Source of the DNA: Candidatus Omnitrophota bacterium
GTDB lineage: Bacteria > Omnitrophota > Gorgyraeia > Duberdicusellales > 4484-171
Assembly: GCA_023135855.1 (NCBI GenBank)
Contig: JAGLSH010000002.1
Span: forward strand, 1 to 34,720
Reading direction: 5' to 3'
DNA length: 34,720 bases
Program-made: the position numbers and the translations under genes
Shown here: in pieces, positions 26,919 through 34,629 of the stretch
Numbering within the stretch: position 1 is the stretch's first letter
Layout of the letters: each line of letters starts with the position of its first letter
Notes under the pieces: model-generated
Database searches by the model: none
The model's input: only the letters and a program-made list of their open reading frames with translations
Told to the model about the DNA's origin: nothing

Positions 26919-28166
26919 ATGCATTATTTTAACTTTAAGAAAGGTAATCTATATTGTGAAAATTTGAAAGTTAAGGATTTAGCTTCTAAGTTTGACACCC
27001 CTTTGTATGTTTACAGTGCTAAAACTATTCTTGGCCATTTTTCAAAATTAAAGAATGCTTTTTCAACGCTAAAGCCATTGATTTGTTATTCAGTTAAGGC
27101 TAATTCTAATCTTTCACTGTTAAAGTTACTTATTTCTCAAGGCTCAGGCTTGGATATTGTCTCTGGAGGAGAGCTTTATCGGGCTAAAAAGGTAAAATGT
27201 TCAGCTAAAAAAATAGTATATGCTTCAGTAGGTAAAACTGATATCGAGATAAGAGATGCTGTAAAATATGGAATATTAATGTTTAACATAGAGTCTTTGC
27301 CGGAGCTGGAAAGAGTTAATAAAATTTCCAAAGAGTTGAAGAAAAAAACTAAAGTAGCTTTGCGTTTCAATCCTGATGTTAAGCCAGGGACTCATGCCTA
27401 TATTACTACTGGCAAGAAGGAAACAAAGTTTGGCATGGATGAAGAAACAGTAAAGTCTATTTTTGCTTCTCGCGCTAAATATTCAAATCTAAGTATTGTT
27501 GGAATTCATATGCATATTGGCTCACAAATTACTAAAGGAGAACCCTTTGTAAAGACTTTCAAGAAAGCTAATAGAGTTATAAGAGAATTAAAAAGAAGAG
27601 GAGTAAAATTAGAGTATCTTAATATTGGCGGAGGATTAGGTATAGTCTATGATAATGAGAAGCCTCAGACTGCTAAAGAATTTGCCAAGAAAGTCCTACC
27701 TTTACTTAAGGAGTCAGGATTGAAAATTGTTTTAGAACCTGGAAGATTTATTGTTGGTAATGCTGGAATTTTAGTAACTAAGGTTATTTATTTAAAAGAG
27801 ACTGATCAAAAGAATTTTATTATTGTTGATGCGGCTATGAATGATTTATCTCGGCCGTCTCTCTATAGTGCTTATCATAAAATTATTTCTCTAGCTAAGG
27901 CTGGAAGCAAAAAAGCCATAAAAAGCGCTGATGTAGTTGGTCCGGTTTGTGAAAGCGGTGATTTTTTAGGCAAGGAAAGAAAAATAAGCGTTAAATCCGA
28001 TGGTTTAATCGCAGTTCTAGGAGCTGGAGCTTATGGCTTTAGCATGAGTTCTAACTATAATTCTCGTCCTAGAGTAGCTGAAGTATTAGTAAAGAACAAA
28101 AAAGCTTATCTGATCAGGAAGAGAGAAAATTATCAAGATTTAATTAAAGGCGAAATTGTTATTTAG
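26919..28166 (+). CDS. lysA: diaminopimelate decarboxylase
   Basis: PLP-Lys motif YSVKANSN, HMHIGSQ, GGGLG, EPGR and CESGD. Confidence 0.93.
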   Translation: MHYFNFKKGNLYCENLKVKDLASKFDTPLYVYSAKTILGHFSKLKNAFSTLKPLICYSVKANSNLSLLKLLISQGSGLDIVSGGELYRAKKVKCSAKKIVYASVGKTDIEIRDAVKYGILMFNIESLPELERVNKISKELKKKTKVALRFNPDVKPGTHAYITTGKKETKFGMDEETVKSIFASRAKYSNLSIVGIHMHIGSQITKGEPFVKTFKKANRVIRELKRRGVKLEYLNIGGGLGIVYDNEKPQTAKEFAKKVLPLLKESGLKIVLEPGRFIVGNAGILVTKVIYLKETDQKNFIIVDAAMNDLSRPSLYSAYHKIISLAKAGSKKAIKSADVVGPVCESGDFLGKERKISVKSDGLIAVLGAGAYGFSMSSNYNSRPRVAEVLVKNKKAYLIRKRENYQDLIKGEIVI

Positions 28167-28174
28167 ATAGAATT

Positions 28175-29050
28175 ATGAAAAAACAAGAATTTTATAAATT
28201 ACAAGCTTCCGGTAATGATTTTATTCTTCTTGATAATATCAATCGAAAGAATAAAATTAGTAGTAGTTTTTATAAGAAGTTTGCAAGCAAATATTGCTCT
28301 CGCAAGCTAGGTATTGGTGCTGATGGAGTATTGGTAATTGAGGCTTCAAAAAAAGCAGACTTTAAGATGAGGATTTTTAATGCTGATGGTTCAGAAGCTG
28401 AGATGTGCGGCAATGGAGCTCGTTGCATAGGGCTTTGGGCCTATTTGACTAAGAAGAAAAAGAATGTAAAATTTGAAACTAAAGCTGGGATTATTGAGGC
28501 TAAAGTTGGAGGTAAGAGCAATGACAGATTAGTAAAGTTAAAAACTTCTACTCCTGTAGGCCTAAAAATGGATTTATCACTTAATATTTCAGGGCGTAAA
28601 ATAAAGGTAAACTTTATTAATACTGGTGTACCTCATACAGTTATTTTTGTTCAGGGCTTAGATAAAATTGATATAGATAAAATAGGCAGAGAGGTGCGAT
28701 TCCATAAACAGTTTAAACCGGCTGGCACTAATGTTAATTTTGTAGAGATAAAGAGTAATAATTCTCTTTCAATAAGAACTTATGAGAGAGGAGTAGAAGC
28801 TGAAACTTTAGCTTGTGGCACAGGGTCATTAGCATCAGCAATGATTTCTTGGTTTAAGCTTAATCCTAAACTTAAAAAGAAGCAATCAATTTCAATGCTT
28901 GTTACGACTAAGAGTAAAGATATTCTAAAAGTTACTTTTTCCGCCAAGGGCGGATCCGCCTTCGGCGGAGATGATAAGGCAGAGATAGATAATGTTTGGT
29001 TAGAGGGGAAAGCTTGTTTAATTTATAAGGGAGTGATTAAGGAGGGGTAG
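28175..29050 (+). CDS. dapF: diaminopimelate epimerase
   Basis: ASGNDF start motif and both catalytic-Cys motifs (EMCGNGARC and LACGTGS). Confidence 0.9.
   Translation: MKKQEFYKLQASGNDFILLDNINRKNKISSSFYKKFASKYCSRKLGIGADGVLVIEASKKADFKMRIFNADGSEAEMCGNGARCIGLWAYLTKKKKNVKFETKAGIIEAKVGGKSNDRLVKLKTSTPVGLKMDLSLNISGRKIKVNFINTGVPHTVIFVQGLDKIDIDKIGREVRFHKQFKPAGTNVNFVEIKSNNSLSIRTYERGVEAETLACGTGSLASAMISWFKLNPKLKKKQSISMLVTTKSKDILKVTFSAKGGSAFGGDDKAEIDNVWLEGKACLIYKGVIKEG
28940..28969 (+). repeat. in-frame GC-rich twin palindrome (TCCGCC-AAG-GGCGGA / TCCGCC-TTC-GGCGGA) inside dapF
   Basis: Two tandem 15-nt units, each a 6-bp stem with a 3-nt loop. The junction GGCGGATCCGCC (28949-28960) is a perfect 12-nt palindrome. 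The units encode SAKGG-SAFGG (codons 256-265). Confidence 0.85.
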
Positions 29051-29054
29051 GAGT

Positions 29055-29387
29055 ATGAGAAAAAGAAAAGTCTTAGTTCCAATAGTTTTAGGCCTTTTTG
29101 TTCTTTTTGCTTTTATTGTTAGCACGACAAAACCTGCAATCGGCGAGAATTTAACTGTAACTACCTATTATCCTTCGCCTCATGGGGTGTATAAAGCTCT
29201 TAATGTTAGCGAGTTAATTCTTAAGCCTTTAGATGAAGTGCCGACTGAGCCAACAGAAGGAATGATTTTTTATTCAACCGGCAAAGCAAAAGATGATAAG
29301 GGTAATAAAATTGATAAGGGTATATGGATTTGCTCTGGTGATCGTTGGTACCCTTTAATGCTTTTAGAAGAAAGAACAAAAAAATAA
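29055..29387 (+). CDS. small exported or membrane-anchored protein of unknown function
   Basis: GGAG RBS. N-terminal MRKRK followed by a 20-aa hydrophobic helix. TVTTYYPSPHGVYK motif and a C-terminal EGMIFY...GDRWYPL motif. Tightly packed between dapF and dapA. Confidence 0.6.
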   Translation: MRKRKVLVPIVLGLFVLFAFIVSTTKPAIGENLTVTTYYPSPHGVYKALNVSELILKPLDEVPTEPTEGMIFYSTGKAKDDKGNKIDKGIWICSGDRWYPLMLLEERTKK

Positions 29388-29437
29388 GAGAAATTTATAA
29401 TTTAATATTAAAATAGGAAAATATAAAAGGGGGAAGT

Positions 29438-30316
29438 ATGTTGAAGGGAAGCATAGTAGCTTTAATTACGCCATTTGATAGCCAAGGACAGATAAAAGAT
29501 GATAAGCTTAAGGAGCTAATTGATTGGCATATCGATAAGGGTACAGATGGTATCTTGGTTTGTGGTACTACTGGTGAAAGTGCGACCTTAACTCATCCTG
29601 AACACAGAAAGATAATTGAATTAGCATCTAGTTATGTGAATAAAAGAGTGCCGGTCTTAGCCGGATGTGGTTCTAACTCGACCCAAGAAGCTCTTGAGTT
29701 AGCTAGTTATGCTGCGGAAGTAGGGGCTGATTATTCTTTAGTTATTACTCCTTATTACAATAAGCCTACTCAAGAAGGTCTTTATCAGCATTTTAAGAAA
29801 ATAGCTGAGTCAGTAAATATTCCGATTATTATTTACAATGTTCCCTCTCGAACTGGAAGCAATATATTGCCTGAGACCGTAGCTAGACTTTATAAAGATT
29901 GTGCAAATATTGTTGGTATAAAAGAAGCTAGTGGCGCCCTAGATCAAATTACTAAGATTATGACTTTAGTTGATGATAAGTTTTTGTTGCTCTCGGGAAG
30001 TGATGAAGTCAATTTACCGATACTTTCTGTTGGCGCATCTGGAGTGGTCTCAGTAGTGGCCAATATTGCTCCCAAAGAAACCCATGATTTAGTTGCTAGT
30101 TTTCTAGAAGGCAATTTAGCAGAAGCTAGACGTTTACAGTTATACCTTTATGAGATGATTAAGACACTTTTTATTGAAACTAATCCAATACCGGTGAAGA
30201 CTGCTTTAGGATTAATGGGAATGATTGAGCTTAATATGAGATTACCTCTTTGTAAAATGAGTGCAGTTAATTTAGATAAGCTAAAGATAATGCTTGAAAA
30301 ATATAAATTGATTTAG
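29438..30316 (+). CDS. dapA: 4-hydroxy-tetrahydrodipicolinate synthase
   Basis: GTTGESATLT, YYNKPTQ, and Schiff-base Lys in IVGIKEASG. Confidence 0.95.
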   Translation: MLKGSIVALITPFDSQGQIKDDKLKELIDWHIDKGTDGILVCGTTGESATLTHPEHRKIIELASSYVNKRVPVLAGCGSNSTQEALELASYAAEVGADYSLVITPYYNKPTQEGLYQHFKKIAESVNIPIIIYNVPSRTGSNILPETVARLYKDCANIVGIKEASGALDQITKIMTLVDDKFLLLSGSDEVNLPILSVGASGVVSVVANIAPKETHDLVASFLEGNLAEARRLQLYLYEMIKTLFIETNPIPVKTALGLMGMIELNMRLPLCKMSAVNLDKLKIMLEKYKLI

Positions 30317-30324
30317 GAGGATTG

Positions 30325-31041
30325 ATGATTAAAGTTGGTATAAGCGGGGCAAGTGGAAAGATGGGTAAGAGGATTATTGCTTTGGCTGCTGATCTTAAAA
30401 ATTTAGAAATTGTTTTTGGCCTAGAAGATGAAGATCATCCCGATGTCAATAAAACTATTGATAAGGTTGAAATTAGTGCTGATCTCAATAGCATTAAAAC
30501 TTGTGATTGTTTAATTGATTTTAGTGCTCCTTTAGCTACTTTAGAATACCTAGATTATGCAGTTAAGTTTAATAAATGTATGGTTATTGGTACTACTGGT
30601 CTAGATAAGGTTGCTCAGAATAAAATAAAAGAAGCTGCCAAGAACATACCGATTATTTTATCTCCTAATATGAGTGTAGGAGTAAATCTTCTTTTCAGGT
30701 TGTTGAAAATAGCTGCTGGTACTTTAAAAGATTATAAGGTTGGCATCCAAGAAGCCCATCATATTCATAAGAAGGATTCACCGTCAGGTACGGCTAAAAG
30801 AATAGCTGAAATTATTAATCAACAAGGATTTAATATAAAAATAGAAGATATTAAAGCTGATAGATATGATGAGATTATTGGAGATCACAAAGTAGTTTTT
30901 GAGAGTGGTGTAGATAAATTAGAGTTAAGCCATAATGCTAAGACTCGAGACATTTTTGCTCAAGGAGCTCTCTTAGCTACTGAATGGATTGCTAGTAAAA
31001 ATGCTGGTTTTTATTCAATGGAAGATGTTTTATTCGGCTAA
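30325..31041 (+). CDS. dapB: 4-hydroxy-tetrahydrodipicolinate reductase
   Basis: GASGKMG dinucleotide motif and EAHHIHKKDSPSGTA signature. The ATG at 30325 follows AGGAGG. The track's TTG at 30322 is only 1 nt from the SD. Confidence 0.9.
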   Translation: MIKVGISGASGKMGKRIIALAADLKNLEIVFGLEDEDHPDVNKTIDKVEISADLNSIKTCDCLIDFSAPLATLEYLDYAVKFNKCMVIGTTGLDKVAQNKIKEAAKNIPIILSPNMSVGVNLLFRLLKIAAGTLKDYKVGIQEAHHIHKKDSPSGTAKRIAEIINQQGFNIKIEDIKADRYDEIIGDHKVVFESGVDKLELSHNAKTRDIFAQGALLATEWIASKNAGFYSMEDVLFG

Positions 31042-31066
31042 GGTTTAACAATAGGAGATTAAAAAG

Positions 31067-32221
31067 ATGTGGGAATTGTCAGACAGGTTGAAACGCTTAC
31101 CTCCGTATTTATTTGCTGAAATTGATCGGCAGAAGAGTGAACTTAGAAGAAAGAAAGTTAAGTTTATTGATCTTAGTATTGGTGATCCTGATATAGGGGC
31201 GCCCTTAGGGATGTTAAAAATTTTGGCAGCTGCTTCTGGGATAAAAGAGAACCAAAAGTATGCTCTTGATCAGGGTAAGGATAAGTTTCGTAAAGCTATT
31301 AAGAAATGGTTTAAAAAGAGATTTACAGTTTCTCTAGATGAAGATAAAGAAATTTTACCTTTAATTGGTTCTAAAGAAGGGCTTGTTCATTTTCCTTTAG
31401 GGGTAGTAAACAGGGGTGAATATGTTATTATTCCTTCTCCAGGTTATCCTGGCTATAGAGGAGCAGCTTTTTTTGCTGGAGCAAAAGTTCATGAAATTGG
31501 GCTTTTGGAGAAAAACGACTTTTTGCCTGATCTTTCAAAAATTCCGGTGAATGTATGTAATAAAGCAAAGTTAATTTACCTAAATTATCCGAATAATCCT
31601 ACGACATCCTTAGCACCACTTAGTTTTTTAAAAGATTTAGTTAAGTTTTGTTCAAAATATGGAATTATTCTTGCTTATGATAATGCTTATTCTGAAGTTT
31701 ACTACGACCAGAAACCGCATAGCATCTTAGAGGTTAAAGGAGCTAAGGAAGTGGCTGTAGAGTTTCATTCTTTATCTAAAACTTTTTGTGTGACTGGTTT
31801 AAGAGTTGGCTGGGCTTGTGGCAATCAAGATCTTATTAAGTCTTTATTAAAGGTAAAAGCAAATATTGATTCGGGAATTTTTGGAGCAATCCAAGAAGCT
31901 GCTATTTGGGCTTTAGAAAAAGAGGCTGATTACGTAAGCAAATTACGAAAAACAATAAAGGATAGAAGAGATTATTTTGTTGATAGCTTAAGGAAATCCG
32001 GTTTTAATAATATTTATGCTGATTCTACCTTTTATGTTTGGACCAGAATTCCTGCAGATTTTAAATCTTCATTAGACTTTAGTAAGTATTTAATTAGTGA
32101 GAAGAATATTATTGCTACTCCGGGAGTAGGTTTTGGAAAACATGGAGAAGAGTTTATTAGATTTGCTTTAACTGTGGATAAGAGTAAAATAAAGCAGGTT
32201 TTTAAAAATAAGCTTATTTAG
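31067..32221 (+). CDS. dapL: class I PLP aminotransferase, probable LL-diaminopimelate aminotransferase
   Basis: RLPPYLFAEID start motif, NYPNNPT, and PLP-Lys in SLSKTF. Its position directly after dapA-dapB, together with the absence of dapD/dapC/dapE here, supports the DapL role. Specificity is not provable from sequence alone. Confidence 0.7.
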   Translation: MWELSDRLKRLPPYLFAEIDRQKSELRRKKVKFIDLSIGDPDIGAPLGMLKILAAASGIKENQKYALDQGKDKFRKAIKKWFKKRFTVSLDEDKEILPLIGSKEGLVHFPLGVVNRGEYVIIPSPGYPGYRGAAFFAGAKVHEIGLLEKNDFLPDLSKIPVNVCNKAKLIYLNYPNNPTTSLAPLSFLKDLVKFCSKYGIILAYDNAYSEVYYDQKPHSILEVKGAKEVAVEFHSLSKTFCVTGLRVGWACGNQDLIKSLLKVKANIDSGIFGAIQEAAIWALEKEADYVSKLRKTIKDRRDYFVDSLRKSGFNNIYADSTFYVWTRIPADFKSSLDFSKYLISEKNIIATPGVGFGKHGEEFIRFALTVDKSKIKQVFKNKLI

Positions 32222-32236
32222 CTTAAGGAGATTTAA

Positions 32237-32779
32237 ATGTACAAAATTATATTATTTTTACTTATTGTTTTTATATCACACACAGCTTTTGCTCTTGATC
32301 TTCAAAGTGATGCTTTTGAGAATAAGGGATATATCCCTGATCGCTACACTTGCGATGCTCAGGATTTTTCTCCGTCACTTAGTTGGAGTGATATTCCTAA
32401 GAATGCTAAAAGCTTTGTTCTTATTTGTGATGATTCCGATTCTTCTTTTAAGATTTGGGTTCATTGGGTAGCTTTTAATATACCTCTGGAGGTAATCAGC
32501 TTAAAAGAAGGTATTTCTAAAGAAGAATTAGCTGAATTGGCTATTACTGAAGGTACAAATGATTTTGGTAAAGTGGGTTATCAAGGGCCTTGTCCACCGC
32601 TGGGTAAGCCCCACCGCTATTTTTTCAAGCTCTACGCTTTAAGTGCTAACCTTGCTTTAGAAGAAGGAGCGTCTAAGAAGGATGTAATTGAGGCTATGCA
32701 AGGGCATATTGTTGCTGAAACTAAGATAGTAGGTCGTTATCAACGACCAGATGAAACCCAAGAACAGAAAGCAGAGTAA
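32237..32779 (+). CDS. exported YbhB/YbcL-family (PEBP) protein
   Basis: Signal-peptide-like N-terminus. SPSLSW, VHWVAFNIP, and GPCPPLGKPHRYFFKLYAL (PEBP signature). Confidence 0.85.
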   Translation: MYKIILFLLIVFISHTAFALDLQSDAFENKGYIPDRYTCDAQDFSPSLSWSDIPKNAKSFVLICDDSDSSFKIWVHWVAFNIPLEVISLKEGISKEELAELAITEGTNDFGKVGYQGPCPPLGKPHRYFFKLYALSANLALEEGASKKDVIEAMQGHIVAETKIVGRYQRPDETQEQKAE

Positions 32780-32862
32780 TTATAAACTAAATAATATACT
32801 TAGGGCGACGGAAGCTTGAAGTATTAACTTTCCGTTTAATGCGGATTATTGAGGAGGTTTTT

Positions 32863-34131
32863 ATGTCTAAGATTAAATCAGTAAAGGCAAGAGAAGTAAT
32901 TGATTCTAGAGGAAACCCTACTGTAGAAGTAGATATAACATTAAGCAATGGTGCTTTTGGTAGGGCAATAGTTCCTTCAGGTGCATCAACCGGGGAGTTC
33001 GAAGCTTTAGAGCTTCGCGATAAGGATAAGGACAGGTTTTTGGGGAAAGGAGTTTTAAAAGCAGTAAGCAATGTTAATAAAATAATCGCACCTAAGATTA
33101 AAGATAAAGATGCAGATTTTCGTAAAATTGATAAGTTGCTTCTTGCCCTTGATGGAACAGCTAACAAGGCTAAATTAGGAGCTAATGCGATACTTGGAGT
33201 ATCTTTGGCTTTAGCAAAAGCAGCAGCTAATTCAAAAGGAGTACCTCTTTATAAGTATTTAGGCGGAGCAAAGGCTAATCTCTTGCCTATTCCATTAATG
33301 AATATTCTGAATGGAGGAATGCATGCTGATAATAATTTAGATATTCAAGAGTTTATGATTGCTCCTTTGGGCTTTAGTAAATTTAGTAGAGCTATTCAAG
33401 CTGCAGTAGAAATTTTCCATAATCTAGCAGCAATTTTAAAGAAGAAAAAACTTTCAACTTCAGTAGGTGATGAAGGTGGATTTGCTCCTAACTTAAAAAG
33501 CAATGAAGAAGCTCTTGAACTTATAATCCAGGCAATTAAAGCTGCTGGTTATAAGCCAGGTAAGGAAGTGGCTCTTGCTCTTGATCCAGCTGCAAGTTCA
33601 TTCTATAAGAATGGAAGCTATATTTTTGAGGGTAAAAAGAGAGATTCTAAGTATATGATTGATTTTTATAGTCGGATGGCTAAGAAGTATCCGATAGTTT
33701 CAATAGAGGATGGTCTAGATGAAAACGATTGGGAAGGCTGGGCTAATCTTACTAAGAAATTAGGTAAGAAAATTCAAATTGTTGGTGATGATTTATTTGT
33801 TACCAACACTAAGAAATTAAAGCAGGGAATAGATAATAAGACAGCTAATTCTATTCTTATTAAGGTAAATCAAATTGGTACTTTATCTGAAACTTTAGAA
33901 GCAATCAGTATGGCTAGTAAGGCAGGGTATACTTCAGTAATTTCTCATCGTTCCGGTGAAACTGAAGATACAACGATTGCTCATTTAGCAGTTGGAAAAG
34001 CTTGTGGTCAAATTAAGACTGGTTCGCTTTCAAGGACAGATAGAGTTGCTAAATATAATGAGTTATTGAGAATAGAAGAGGAGTTAGGTAAAAAAGCTCG
34101 CTATGGTGGAAAAACTTTTCAGTATAAGTAA
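32863..34131 (+). CDS. eno: enolase
   Basis: [18 protein letters not shown], and the [11 protein letters not shown] motif. The ATG at 32863 lies 6 nt after GAGGAGG. The track's upstream start at 32839 has no RBS. Confidence 0.97.
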   Translation: MSKIKSVKAREVIDSRGNPTVEVDITLSNGAFGRAIVPSGASTGEFEALELRDKDKDRFLGKGVLKAVSNVNKIIAPKIKDKDADFRKIDKLLLALDGTANKAKLGANAILGVSLALAKAAANSKGVPLYKYLGGAKANLLPIPLMNILNGGMHADNNLDIQEFMIAPLGFSKFSRAIQAAVEIFHNLAAILKKKKLSTSVGDEGGFAPNLKSNEEALELIIQAIKAAGYKPGKEVALALDPAASSFYKNGSYIFEGKKRDSKYMIDFYSRMAKKYPIVSIEDGLDENDWEGWANLTKKLGKKIQIVGDDLFVTNTKKLKQGIDNKTANSILIKVNQIGTLSETLEAISMASKAGYTSVISHRSGETEDTTIAHLAVGKACGQIKTGSLSRTDRVAKYNELLRIEEELGKKARYGGKTFQYK

Positions 34132-34399
34132 GAATAAGTGGGTAAGGATAGTAGGCGGTACTTTTCTCTTATTTATTTTAGTTATGGTAATTTACTTTCC
34201 TAATTATGCCAGACTAAAGAAATTAAGAGATGCCAACAAGAAACTTATCTTAGAGAATGCTGCAATAATTGAGGAAATACAAGATTATGAAGATAAGCTT
34301 AAGATGGTTGGTGAAGATCCGTATCTTTATGAAAAGATTGCTCGGGAAGAGTTAGGAATAGCCAGAGATGGTGAAATAGTTATTGACATAGAAGAATAA
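34103..34399 (+). CDS. ftsB: septum formation initiator (FtsB/DivIC-like) protein
   Basis: One N-terminal TM helix, then a coiled-coil segment ([23 protein letters not shown]) and [18 protein letters not shown]. Conserved position after eno. The start is uncertain (overlaps eno by 29 nt). Confidence 0.7.
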   Translation: MVEKLFSISKNKWVRIVGGTFLLFILVMVIYFPNYARLKKLRDANKKLILENAAIIEEIQDYEDKLKMVGEDPYLYEKIAREELGIARDGEIVIDIEE

Positions 34400-34424
34400 G
34401 TTGTTAACATATATAGTAATTTCG

Positions 34425-34449
34425 CGGGGCAAGCCGTAAGGCAGTCCCG
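34425..34449 (+). other. hairpin with GTAA (GNRA) tetraloop in the tRNA leader
   Basis: CGGGGC-AA-GCC-GTAA-GGC-A-GTCCCG. The outer stem has 6 bp including one G:T, the inner stem has 3 bp, and one A.A mismatch is flanked by a bulged A. Confidence 0.6.
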
Positions 34450-34468
34450 TCTAACAAACCAGAAAACT

Positions 34469-34542
34469 CGCGGGGTAGAGCAGTCCGGTAGCTCGCAAGG
34501 CTCATAACCTTGAGGTCACAAGTTCAAATCTTGTCCCCGCAA
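34469..34542 (+). tRNA. initiator tRNA-fMet (anticodon CAT), CCA not encoded
   Basis: A full 74-nt cloverleaf can be drawn by hand: acceptor CGCGGGG/CCCCGCA, D stem GAGC/GCTC, anticodon arm CAAGG-CTCATAA-CCTTG, and T arm ACAAG-TTCAAAT-CTTGT. The C1xA72 mismatch and A11:U24 are initiator identity marks. It is near-identical in outline to E. coli tRNA-fMet. Confidence 0.92.
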
Positions 34543-34554
34543 CTAGAAAAATAC

Positions 34555-34583
34555 GCCCGAGGGAAACCTCGGGCTTTATTTTT
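34555..34583 (+). terminator. rho-independent terminator after the tRNA
   Basis: GCCCGAGG-GAAA-CCTCGGGC is a perfect 8-bp GC-rich stem with a GNRA loop. It is followed by TTTATTTTT. Confidence 0.88.
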
Positions 34584-34600
34584 CTTGTGCCGAGTGCCCT

Positions 34601-34629
34601 CTGGTCAATATTCGTAGAATATTTACCAG
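34601..34629. repeat. 13-bp inverted repeat (one mismatch) with 3-nt spacer
   Basis: CTGGTCAATATTC-GTA-GAATATTTACCAG. Position 34606 (C) faces 34624 (T). Confidence 0.7.

Noticed and set aside
26913-29437. I looked for a lysine riboswitch or T-box ahead of lysA or dapA.
   Set aside because: The intergenic gaps are 6 nt and 50 nt, far too short for an L-box (about 180 nt) or a T-box.
32800-32840. I considered whether a weak hairpin (CGGAA...TTCCG) between the PEBP gene and eno is a terminator.
   Set aside because: The stem is only 5-6 bp with a 14-16 nt loop and has a poor U-tract.
32839-32862. I considered the upstream ATG start for enolase given by the ORF track.
   Set aside because: The GAGGAGG SD sits inside this extension. 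The ATG at 32863 gives the canonical MSKI..V.AREV.DSRGNPT start.
275-33167. I considered whether any of the antisense or nested ORFs in the six-frame track could be real genes. The ORFs are 275-622, 550-891, 3877-4086, 5734-5916, 6319-6609, 10207-10407, 11243-11467, 12829-13023, 14804-15034, 15936-16271, 16082-16267, 16268-16459, 17752-17946, 19967-20170, 20398-20844, 22467-22652, 27176-27370, 32265-32471 and 32787-33167.
   Set aside because: Each lies inside or opposite a gene with strong family motifs. They have low-complexity, Ser/Leu/Ile/Phe-rich translations typical of shadow ORFs in AT-rich DNA. None has an RBS and none has a recognisable motif.
34383-34420. I looked for a promoter for the tRNA, starting from the TTGACA at 34383-34388.
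   Set aside because: No acceptable -10 lies at 16-18 nt spacing, and the best TATATA is 21 nt away. The tRNA may instead be co-transcribed with eno-ftsB or use a promoter I cannot recognise.
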